A DNA stretch of 63,777 bases, counting the filler, from Dugesia japonica (taxonomy: Eukaryota), in the NCBI GenBank assembly GCA_001938525.1. It is 6 parts of 6 records of this genome, joined end to end, with 100 filler letters (N's around TTAATTAATTAA, not from the genome) between each part and the next. Parts side by side here need not be neighbours in the genome. Positions count along the whole stretch, not along the records: positions 44,832 to 54,885 come from MQRL01575634.1; positions 54,986 to 63,777 come from MQRL01631302.1; 4 more parts are not named here. The stretch is one strand, 5' to 3'. Positions 52,206 to 63,777 of the stretch are shown here, in pieces (the first letter of the stretch is position 1; each line of letters starts with the position of its first letter). The position numbers and the translations under genes are program-made. The notes under the pieces are model-generated. The model ran no database searches, was not told where the DNA came from, and saw nothing but the letters and a program-made list of their open reading frames with translations.

Positions 52206-53761
52206 TGCCATTGTATTTTTTGTTGATTATTTCGGTTTTCGTTGCACAGTACCAATAAGTCTTGGGATTTATATTGTTATTTTTATTGGTATGAATTCTC
52301 TACAATTCATGGCGTTTGACCTTCTTTTTCGTTTAATTTCTATTTTCTGTTTTAATTTCTGATGTTTATATGAATTCTCGCATTTTTATAATGTAATGTG
52401 ATACATTCGTAAAATATAACATTATTGGAGTAGTAATAGTTTTTCCTTTTATGCCTAATAGTAGATTTTAATTTTTTATTTTCATTATATAAGAAATTTT
52501 TTTGATAAATATTTATATTAATTATATCTTATTTTAAAATGTATAATGCAGTAGCGCAGTGTTTCCAAAAATTTGTTTCGTTCAACAAAATTGTGCGGCA
52601 AAATTTTAAACACATTGTTATAATATCATAAAATGTTAAATGAAATCCATTAAAATGTAATTAGACTGTTGTTTTAATATTAAATTTTGTTTTAATAATT
52701 AAACTATAGTTACTATAGTTTCATTAAGTCTTAAGATAATTTGAATATTTAAAATTTAATAACGTAAAATTTAAAAATAAAATAAAAAATATATTTTGAT
52801 GAAAATCAGAAATTTGTTAATTTTAAATCATAATCAAATTATAAAAATTAAAAATCATAAAATTTAATTTAAATTGTAAATTAAAAATTTTATATTTAAG
52901 ACAAAATCAAAAATTTCAAATTCGCTTTCTGTACATAAATAAACTAAAATACAAAAAATTTATTTTACAAATTATTTAAATATTTTAATAAATTCCGTTC
53001 CTAAGTACAATAGAATTAAATCTGATTTTATTATATTAGATAAAACGACATAAAATACCATTTTATAATAAGAAAAAATTAAAATGCATATTCGAAAATT
53101 TTTATTATGATTTATATGGAACGGTAAAATTATTTGCAAACATCATTTTAATGAAATGTTTTGTTAAAATTATATTTGTGCTCATTAATTTTATTTAGAC
53201 GCTTACTTTTTGATAAATTCTTTGTGCCGTGACAATAAAAGAATTGGGGAAAACCGCTGTAGGGATTATTAATGATAATTTAATTTACTAGTATATTAAA
53301 TTTACTATTTCTATGAGGTAATAAATAACATTAACTTACTAATAAATAATATAAATAAATAATATAATAAATAGCATAAAAATCTCGTAACAACTTCATA
53401 GTTTTAAAATTCGAATTATTCTATTTAATATTCTAAAATTCTTTGCTAGTTCAATAGTGGTTTTGAATTGAAATAAAAATTTTATTCATATATTTTTGTA
53501 AATATGAATTTCTAATAAATATATTTTCTATAATTATTCATGAAAAGTTCTTTGTCTTTCCTATCATTGTTTTAATAATTATAGATTTCCTAATTATATG
53601 GTTACAACAATGTGTTGTATTGTATCTGTACAATAATAAATTGTGCGAAATATAATGACAGATTTAATGAATATAATGATCTTAATTATAAAATAAATAT
53701 TGAAATACCTATTCGTATACTCAAATTGTTATTTTTCTAAATTATGTTTAGTTCTGTATTA

Positions 53762-53985
53762 TTTTACAATTGCAATGATTGCGAGAATAATTGCTGGACA
53801 TAACCGTCATTATTAACCAATTAAAATTTAATATAAATGAATTAATTCAAAAGTTATTACTATTATAAATATAAATCTTGAATAAATTAAAAAAAGTCAA
53901 TTCCTGACGAAGACAAAGTCGAAATATCGAATCAATCTCAAAAAAGCAATAAAAAAGTTTTTCATCCAAACTTTTATTTTAAATG
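53762..53985 (-). mobile_element. pLTR insertion with short tail and long inverted arm
   Basis: Reverse tail 53762-53805; opposite-orientation arm ending AAATGA; direct repeat AGTTCTGTATTA at 53750-53761 and 53986-53997. Confidence 0.88.
53898..53934 (+). ncRNA. Minimal hammerhead ribozyme with intact core
   Basis: CAAUUC-CUGACGA-A-GAC-AAA-GUC-GAAA-UA-UC^GAAUCA; stem I only 4 bp; predicted cut 53928/53929. Confidence 0.8.
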
Positions 53986-54816
53986 AGTTCTGTATTACTT
54001 AAGAATTTATCAATTGTTGTAAATCTGGGAACTTATATTTTGGTGTTTGAACATAGCTTAACTGAAAACAGTTCGTGAAATATCATGTATTTCAGATAGT
54101 GTATATTTATATAGAATTACAGCTGAGTTTATTAAAATAAAAACTTAAATCCAAATCAGTATTATTTTCAGAAATTCAGATTAATTCAGATTATTCTGCA
54201 AGTAATATATTAATTAATAAGGTAAGTTACTTAAAATCTGTTATTTTACTTTAATCACTTTTACTAATCAATTTAAATTAAAGTATTCGATTAAAATTGA
54301 TAATCAATAAAAATTATTGATAAATAATTGATTGTTAATTATTTATTGAAAATTATGAGTAAGATTTATAGATTAAGTAAATTATCAAAAAACTGTAGTT
54401 TTTAGTTTGGTATGTTGTATTTTAATAACAAAAGGTTTATCATAAGGCCAGTCAATGAAGTTTTTAAATAAAATTCTTTATTTAAAAATGTTGAAAATAT
54501 TTTTTTCTAGATTTGTTATTTTAACATTAAATCAATTTTAATTAAATTAAGTTAATTAATTAAAATTTCGCCAATAAATTTATAATTAAATTAAATGTTG
54601 TTGTTTTTTTGTTTCCTGTTTATATAAGTTATGAATTTTATCAAAATTAATTTAACATTGTTAGGAAAACAAAAGATTAAAATGAATATTTTTAATTTTG
54701 TATTTTTATTACATTTCTAATTAGTTTCTAAATTATATAAAGATAAAGAATTTCTCGTATTTAAATTTTATTTAAATATCTTTTACTGTAGTATTTAGGA
54801 AATTCATATGAAGCTA

Positions 54817-54885
<69 letters not shown>

Positions 54886-55519
54886 NNNNNNNNNNNNNNN
54901 NNNNNNNNNNNNNNNNNNNNNNNNNNNNNTTAATTAATTAANNNNNNNNNNNNNNNNNNNNNNNNNNNNNNNNNNNNNNNNNNNNAATTTTTTATCATAT
55001 CTCTAATTTCCTTCAAGAGAATGTCTTCCATAACGACAGCGATTTTAAAAATGTCTTCATCGAGTTCATCGAATCCAGGACAGTGGATTTCTATTCTATT
55101 GGTATAAATAAACTTTTTTCTTGTTGGAAGTAATGTATTGATTGTAATGGTTCATATTTTGAATAAAATATCTTTATGTTTTCTGAGATTTTACTTTTAC
55201 TTTTATATGTTAAAAACAGCAATTATTTTCTTACCAACCTAATAAATTTAAGTTTTAGTGTAAAGATTTAGTATATTGAATTTTTAATTAATTTGATTTA
55301 TAGATTTATTAAATTTTTAATTAATTTGATTTAAAGTTTAATTAATTTTTTTATTTAAATTATTAAGAATTGATATGAAAAATATTTTTGTTTTATCGTA
55401 TCAATTAAATTAAATTAAATGTGTATTCAATTAGTATATAAACGAATCACATTTCGTCAAATTTCAAAAATTGGTAAGTGATAATTTTTCACATTTTTCT
55501 TACGCAAAATTAAGTTTGA

Positions 55520-58450
55520 TGATTTTAGGTGATAATTTTCTTTGATCAGTGAAAAATTCTCTATTGAATAATTTTAGTTTCGTTACGATTAGAGAAGAAA
55601 AAAATTCTAAAGATCTCAAAAAATCACAAGTTTTTCTTTATTTCTTCAGCACCCAACATTATTTAGCGATTTTTAACTAGATCAGTCATGATCAGCGGAA
55701 AATTTGAGTTTATAATTGAATTCGAGAAAAAAATATTTTTTGAAAAAAATACTTTTAACTAGGAATGATCCCAAAATCATTCTGAATCAATTAATGTAAA
55801 AATCTCAACAAGAAACATTTTCAAAAAGTTTGAAAATTTTAGGTTGTTTACCAAGATTCCCATAAAATTTTTAATTATTTTGAATTATTTAAACAAATTT
55901 TTCTTTTCCCCACGATTTTCCAAACAGACCAATCCGAGGAAATTATTGTCTAAAATCACCCAAAAATCAACCTTCTCGAAGAATTGTCCTCATCAAATCG
56001 TCCAAATATTTTAAAAATTAAGTAAAAACTATTCAAATAACTCGGGGAAATGAATACATGAAAAGTATTGATTCTAATTCTGAAAAGTTTCATGACCCTT
56101 TAATTCATTTATATAATTACTTAGTAAAACCTTGATTTCAAATTTAAATATTCTCCACATAGAGTATTTAGTATTAATAATTCGATTTTATATACGTTTA
56201 TAAAACATTTATCAGTTTAAACCTGTTCAAGTACTCTACGAATGCATTTACCCATCGATAATTTAGTTAATGGTTTAATTTATCTATCGCTTATTTCATA
56301 TAGTCAACCATACATTTCACACTAAATATATACTTTGCAACCAATAACCAGTTATCTATTCACATATATTTATCTTGTTATAGAAAATTCCTTTGGAATT
56401 AGATTTCTATTGTGTTTATTCACTTATTAATCATATACATTTTATTCAATCATTAGAATTCTTACCAATAATTTATTAACCTATCATTAACCTTTCAAAT
56501 CAATTAATTTATTCATTTAAATCTTTTAAATAATTACTTAGTGAAATCTTCACAGAAATTTTATCCAACCAAAGTAAAATTTAGAACCAACATATATATA
56601 AAATTATAAATTCAACTTCTTAAATTGATATATCCTAATTGAAAATAAANNNNNNNNNNNNNNNNNNNNNNNNNNNNNNNNNNNNNNNNNNNNNNNNNNN
56701 NNNNNNNNNNNNNNNNNNNNNNNNNNNNNNNNNNNNNNNNNNNNNNNNNNNNNNNNNNNNNNNNNTATTTATGAGAAAGCTTAAAATTTCACTTCTTATT
56801 TAAAATGTCTAAAATGATTGTATTTTACACTTAAAATTAAAGTTTCGGGTACTTTTCTGATAATTATTTGAAAATTATTAAATCCAGTATACTTAATTTA
56901 ATCAATCAATTTAATTTGCAATATTTTCAATAAGTAGTTACAAATTATTTCAAAATTTTCAATACTTAATAAATNNNNNNNNNNNNNNNNNNNNNNNNNN
57001 NNNNNNNNNNNNNNNNNNNNNNNNNNNNNNNNNNNNNNNNNNNNNNNNNNNNNNNNNNNNNNNNNNNNNNNNNNNNNNNNNNNNNNNNNNNNNNNNNNNN
57101 NNNNNNNNNNNNNNNNNNNNNNNNNNNNNNNNNNNNNNNNNNNNNNNNNNNNNTCTTTATAAAATATTCATATAATAAATTAAACTTTAATTAAATTTTA
57201 ACGATAAAAATAGAACCACTTATTAAACAAATACACAAAATCTAATTTAATTAAAAAATTACAAGTAAAAATATAGAACAGGTTAAATAATTAAATACTA
57301 ATTAAACAGTAAATTACTATTAGAGATGAGTAAAGACCTAAAAATAGTGAGAACACTATTGATATCTTAAAATCAGTATACATTAATCAGAACACAGATA
57401 ACTGAAATCTAGTGGTCAGAGCACTGAGTATTGAAATCCTGTGTATTGAGCACTAGTGAAAAGTAACAATGTCATCTAAATTAATTTAAAATACCACTAA
57501 AATTTGACCTCACCAAATGAATTGTCATCTATTCTTTATGTTCATCGGGAACTCCCAAATTAAGTAGTGGTTTTTTCAATATAATTTTTTATCTATAATG
57601 TTTGGTGATTTTAGGTTAATATATTTGTAATCAGTATAAAATTTTATAACGTATAATGTATGTTTCGTCACAGCTTGAGAGAAAAGATTTTCAAAAATTG
57701 TCAAAAATTCAAGGTTTTATATCATTTTTCACAGCACCAGACAAGATTTGGTGATTTTTTAACTAGGTCAGTCATGATCAGCGTAAAAGTCTCTGTCAAG
57801 TAGACCACGATATAATTAAATTCCAGTTACCCTTTTTAAAATTCAATTTTTCTTCGGGGACTCCCAAATTAAGTACTTGTTTTTACAATATAACTTTTTA
57901 TCTATAATGTTTGATTTTAGGATTACATATTTGAAATTAATGGAACTTCCTCTATTTAATAGATACCTATTTGACCAATTTTGAGATACTTTTTCAATTT
58001 TCGAAAAAAGTTACCAAATCCGAGAGGACAGCTGAATATCTTCGTTAGGAAGCATTTTTACCGAGACGATACATTAACTTTACACAGTTACTTTTTCTTC
58101 GTGAGTAAAATAATGCCAAATTTGAAACCATACAAGTTATGCACGCAGAGAAAATTGAGTACAAAAATTCAAAATTTAAAATTTTTTCACCACAAAACCT
58201 CATTTATTTTATCGAGTATTAACTTTGGCAATTTTAGGTTAACATATTTGGAATCAGCAAAAATTTCTCTATTGAATAGACACTTTCTTAACCTATTTGA
58301 GAATCAAATTATTTTCGAAAAATTTTTATTTGTGAAAAATGGTCGCCGTAAAGTTTTCAGCAATTTGGTATAAAAATCTTTGAAATCTGAAATATTGAAC
58401 ATATTTTTTCAAAATATTGACTGTTCACCTGGATTCCGATAAAGGTTTCA
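55520..58450. repeat. Modular degenerate repeats, probably DNA-transposon subterminal sequence
   Basis: Recurrent ACTAGRTCAGTCATGATCAGCG (55676, 57762), TCTCTATTGAATA, TTTTAGGTTAAYATATTTG, and a ~90-bp direct repeat at ~57545 and ~57854. Confidence 0.5.
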
Positions 58451-58814
58451 TTTAACAAAATTTTTAATTTTTTCCTAACTAAATACACAGGGAAATACTA
58501 AAACAGTAACGTATAGTTACCTAATGATGCAATTTATAATGCAATTTTTAAATTGCCAACTAAATGCATTAGGATCATGTTTAGTTACATCACTAATCTG
58601 GTAGGGGCTACAAAATGTGTATGTTCTAGTACGCATGTATCTACCTAATTTTATAATCACTCTTATGATTTCACTTTTCATGTTGTGAGAATAGATATGC
58701 CATTTTATGCCAAAATGTGTAAAGGCTATCATTTGTATTAATATTTATAATTGAATTATATATGAATGGAAGTTTCATTAAAAATCCTCCACTCTTATTT
58801 ATTCTTATTTATTA

Positions 58815-59257
58815 AAGTATGATGAACCTTTTGAATTTACATTGTAAAGTAGTACTAAAAGTTTTAAATTCGATAAAATTTTAACAAAATCATTAGGAAT
58901 AAAAGAATCGAAATATACTCGAATAGGTTTTGATGATGAACAACTAAAATATAAAAGTAATAAAAAACATAGAATATTAAAGTGTAATAATGAAATTTTC
59001 ATCTATTGTGGTATTGTTGAACCTATTAATATTGGTGATGTTAATGTTTCTTTATTGAAAGCAGTATGGATAGAAGAACAGAAGAATGATAAATTAATTC
59101 AAATATTGAAAATCCAATGTATTTACCTATTTCTTCATCATTTATAAACAATATAGAAATCAAAATACGTAATAGTAGTGGAAAACTATTCAACTTTGCC
59201 GAAGACTCAAAAATTTATTTAACGTTACACTTTAGAAAATTTAATAATGTATCCTAA
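58815..59257 (+). pseudogene. Polinton/Maverick minor capsid (penton)-like remnant
   Basis: IFIYCGIVEPINIGDVNVSLLKAV ... PMYLPISSSFINNIEIKIRNSSGKLFNF..LTLHFRK; one frameshift and a stop. Confidence 0.75.
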
Positions 59258-59543
59258 TATTGTATCATTGTTTAGTACTAGTCAAGCAGGTGGAGAATTA
59301 CCTTACTTTCTTGGAAGACAGTATGGATCTGATTTGTTGAGAGCAATATGTAGATTTGATTTACATTTTCTTCGCCGTATTGGTTCATTTGGGATGAAAA
59401 CAGTTCAGGATGTACTAGCAAATGGAGGAAAAATACTACCAACATTAAAATCTAATGCATTGGCTGAACTTCATAATGTTATGTTATCGTTACCTATTGG
59501 AGTAACCAGTATGATCCCAAAAGTAGCAATCATATTATTGTAA
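59247..59543 (+). pseudogene. Polinton small core-like protein remnant
   Basis: SQAGGELPYFLGRQYGS motif directly after the penton; KTELYF (KSELDLF-like) remnant at ~59701. Confidence 0.65.
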
Positions 59544-60309
59544 AGAATAACAAATAGAATACCACCTGAAATAAGCAATGTGATAACAAATCAACACAAA
59601 ACACAGCCAACTAATAGAAAACGTAAGAAAAATCACATGCATCCCGTAAAAACAAACAAATGTAGGTCGGGGAACAATATGTGAAAAATGATTTTCGGTA
59701 AAACTGAATTGTATTTTTGATCGACCATTTCTACAAGCTATAAGTGAAATAGGGAACTTGTCTTTCCTATAAATTCAATTTCTGAATCACAAAGCAATGT
59801 AGAATTATGTTTGCATTGAAAGTGTTTGAANNNNNNNNNNNNNNNNNNNNNNNNNNNNNNNNNNNNNNNNNNNNNNNNNNCACAAAGCAATGTAGAATTA
59901 TGTTTGCATTGAAAGTGTTTGAATGACTTAAATTCACTGATTTTCTTAAAAAAAATTCCAAAAATATTTTTGCCGACTAAAAAGCCCAAAAAATACTAAA
60001 AATTGAAAATCTCTAAATCTCTTACATAATAATCGTGACGAATAAATTAATCCAATTATATGACTTCAAAATTATCGCCGATTAAAATGTTTGAAATTTG
60101 CAAATCACTCATGCAATAATTTTTTACACGAGGTTGGTATACACACAAGGTGATCTGATTGGCCACTAACTACCTACTAGCATAAATAACTTTTTAACAA
60201 AATATTTAGACATGTTGAATATAAATAGATAATAATATCTTTGTTGCAAACATCAAATATTAAAAAATTATGAAATTCAAAAAAAATCAATCGAAAAGTA
60301 TTCTTCCGA

Positions 60310-60472
60310 TAAAATCAATAATCATCAGATTTANATNATNAAATCAATAATCATTACATTTATAGATTATTAAATCAATAATCATTACATTTATAGATTA
60401 TTAAATCAATAATCATCAGATTTATAGATTAATAAATCAATAATCATCAGATTTATAGATTAAATCAATAAT
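60310..60472. repeat. ~30-bp minisatellite, about 5.5 units
   Basis: Unit AAATCAATAATCATCAGATTTATAGATTAT(T). Confidence 0.9.
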
Positions 60473-61459
60473 TTCATATTTTTTTTATTATTATATTTTT
60501 AATATTAATTTTTGTATTTGGAAATAATAAAAATAGTATCAAGAAGGAACGTTAAAATTTAAAGGCATCACAAGAATTATTCAACACTTGCATAGCATAA
60601 ATACTCAGAAAGTTTACATGAGATTACTAAAATTCGAATACAAAAATTTATTATTTCCAAAAGTATTTATAATTGTAAATTCAAAATAATTGAAGAAAAT
60701 AACATATGTAAATAAAATTTTATTTGAAATGTCATTGGGTGATATATCGTAACACCATTGGTTCATATCATTAACGCTAACATGTTAGCGCTAATATAGA
60801 TTTTCTATTTCTGTAAAATTTCAATCAATTTTAGATCAATCTGTAACTATGGTACGAAACATTTCGGTAAATATTGTTAAATATTTGTAATATTTCAATA
60901 TATATAATCTTATGGTATGATGCAAAATATTAATGTTTTCTATATAAAATTAGAATATTTTGACATTGATAATTCCAAAGCCTAAGAAACACCTTCGTCA
61001 AAGAAAAGTAATTCTAAAACAACCAATCAATCATGATAAAAAGTATGTTCACTACTTTTAAATTTTAATTTTTACTTACTTTCGATGAAAGTATAATGTT
61101 TTCTTTGAAATCGTACGAAAAACAATAGTTTTATAATAGAAAAATGGTTGTTTTCAAGTCATTTTGCTATTAAGTGACATAAATTACAAACAAATCTGTA
61201 ATTCGTAGAATAAANATTTGGAAACATAAATTAAATTGATATTTATTTGAATAAATTTTTTTAAGTTAAAGAAAATAAAGCAAATAATATAAAAATAATA
61301 TAATCACAAACTTGGACCATAAACATGTATAGAGAAAAATGGTTTCAAATTTTTTAATTGAATTTAATCTAAATTTAATTAAATCGAGTTATTGAGCAAA
61401 AANNNNNNNNNNNAATTTATTTATGTAAAACTATTGACTTGTTTTATGTTTGTTTAAAT

Positions 61460-62140
61460 TAGGACTGAAACGATGCTTTGAATTTTGTTTATGCATTCGA
61501 ATGATTTTGCGGATATTCGAAGCTTCACCTAAGAATCTATCATTTCAGAAATTCTAAAAACAATCGATTACATATTAAAATATGATTTAAATAAATTTTA
61601 CTTATATATTTATTTATAATGACTGTTAGGCGCCAATTAAAAAATCATTGCAGTTGCATGTGGATCTAGTAAACAACAAAGCAGTTGTTCATCAAGGCTT
61701 ACCACTTGTTTGAATAGATTTACAGTTTATTAGTTAAGTTTATTCATCAATTAGTCATAACCTCCAAAAAGGATTTATACAAATAAAGACGAGTTTGTGT
61801 ATGTTAATCTTTTCTCGCCTATCAAAACAAAGGTTAATACAGTAATATTGATTCTGTGTTTTTCGTTGTGTTTATCTTACATCGTATGTTCATTATACAT
61901 AAAAAGGCTATCGACTGTGGAAAGAGGTATAAATGTATGTTATGTATAAACGAGCTTGCTATACACGGTGGCAAAACAGATCTCCATAATCATCTTAAAG
62001 ACGTACACTCTCTTCAATATGCACTAATAATAATGAGTAAAACAAATTTCAAGAAACCCAAATTTACAGAATTTCTAAAAGATAAAGTAACTACGGAAAA
62101 TCGAGTCTCCAGGATTCATATGTTTTCTATAGTGTTATAG
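61460..62140 (+). mobile_element. hAT 5' remnant with BED zinc finger
   Basis: TAGGACTGAAACGAT TIR-like start; YKCMLCINELAIHGGKTDLHNHLKDVH. Confidence 0.65.
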
Positions 62141-63713
62141 GAATTATTAAATCTTATTGGATCTTCTCTGGTCTAATTTAATTTTTTTGAGTATCTATAG
62201 TGTTGTTTTTCGAAGTATTATCTAATTGGTAGTAATGCCACCCATAACTGTGAACCATAACAGTAAACCATAACTGTTTTTTCGATTTTGAGGCGTTTTT
62301 AAAAGTGCATTTTTACGAAAAATGAACAGATTTTTTGGAATTATTCTTAAATTCTACCATAATTATCAATTCTAATGAAAATTTCGNATTTTCAAAACTC
62401 TTAAAAATATTTTAAAAATACACCGTCTCAAAATCAGCAGAAAACGGCTACAAGTGGCATTGATCCCAGTTACATACTACAAAATTAATTTCAAAGTATA
62501 TTTATATATTAAATAATATAGAAAAATTTTTATATATATAAAATAAATAGATAAAGTTATTTTAAATTTTTAAAAGATATGAAAAAAATATTAATCAAAA
62601 TTTAGCATCAAATTTAAGAAGAAACAAAAGAAAAAGTTTAGATAGATATATTTCTAATTTTAATCGAAAAATTAATGAGAAAGTATAGAGAAGATCGATA
62701 AGTTAATAGATTAAATATTTTTAATGAACATTCATATTATATATAAGAAACAATCTAAACTGATTTAACTTTAACTGATTATATAAATAGAAATGTATCT
62801 TACTTTGGCAATTTAATTAAAAATAAAATAGAACATTCACCATATAAGAAATTTAAATCTATGANNNNNNNNNNNNNNNNNNNNNNNNNNNNNNNNNNNN
62901 NNNNNNNNNNNNNAAAACTACTAATTCATTAGAACAAGATGTATTAATTCAATCCCATCCATTAAAATGTTTTAAAAATAGTTAAAAGGAGTAAATGTAA
63001 ATTAGTCTAAATAACAACTTTAATAATTAAATGGATAGTTTACAAGGAAGCAACTGGAGAAAAATAAGCTTNNNNNNNNNNNNNNNNNNNNNNNNNNNNN
63101 NNNNNNNNNNNNNNNGAGGACATTTAATGAAACTTCCATTTATATATAATTGAATTATAAATATTAAGACAAAGGCTAGCCTTTTCTTATTTTGTCATAT
63201 AATGGCACATAAATTCTTATAACATGAAAAGTCAAATCATAAATATTATAACAAATACATGAAAGTTAATAAATGTTAATATATTATTAGAAAATAGAAT
63301 CGATTTAAATCTAATAGCATTAAATCGATTCTCAATAAATAAAATAAACGTTCTATAAAAAATATTTAAAATTTCTATAAATGTTTTAGAAATAGATTTA
63401 CANNNNNNNNNNNNNNNNAATAATTAGTTATTCAGATGTAATTCAACGTAGAAACTTTATATCATCTCTATTGATATATATCTAGTCATGAAGTGAAATC
63501 TGAAAACTTTCAATGAATTATTTTAAATAATTATCATAAAGAATATTATAAATATGTTTACATAAATCTGTTACATTCATATTTGCATTAAAAAAAGGAA
63601 CACTTTTCATTCTAAGATTTATTCAAGACAACAAACAAAAACCACAACATATCAATTTGTCTTTTCAAACAAATTTAAAAGTTTTATAACTGAGACTTGA
63701 ACAAAAAATATTA

Positions 63714-63777
63714 TTTTACAATTGCAATTATTACGAGAATAATTGTTGGACTTAACCATTGATCGTTTTATAGAATT
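63714..63777 (-). mobile_element. pLTR tail cut by the window end
   Basis: Reverse complement AATTCTATAAAACGATCAATGGTTAAGTCCAACAATTATTCTCGTAATAATTGCAATTGTAAAA. Confidence 0.85.

Noticed and set aside
52557-53259. hAT-like termini; similar ends at ~7078, 16351 and ~23130
   Set aside because: TIR match is weak, with no TSD or partner end.
59788-59923. Exact 43-bp duplication flanking a gap
   Set aside because: Likely contig-overlap artefact.
60310-60472. Possible CRISPR-like array
   Set aside because: No unique spacers; simple minisatellite in a eukaryote.

Overview
Very AT-rich, repeat-dense eukaryotic DNA, most likely a triclad planarian (spliceosomal introns, (AAT)n tracts, and a 5S rRNA-derived segment matching the Dugesia-type 5S as I recall it). 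The window is six unrelated ~9-12 kb scaffolds joined by artificial N44-TTAATTAATTAA-N44 linkers. Host genes: three exons of a diacylglycerol kinase theta-like gene (minus), the last two exons of a DDX5/DDX17-type DEAD-box helicase, and three ORFs I cannot assign. The rest is mostly decayed mobile DNA: a Penelope-like RT, several mariners, Ty3/Gypsy elements, a MULE transposase and foldback, hAT MITEs, a mini-Helitron and Polinton capsid-module remnants. The most striking signal is a family of short Penelope-type insertions (at least 10 copies, in all six scaffolds) built from a minimal hammerhead ribozyme, an inverted duplication, a conserved 3' tail and 11-12 bp flanking direct repeats. In three copies the palindrome turns around exactly at the predicted ribozyme cleavage site.
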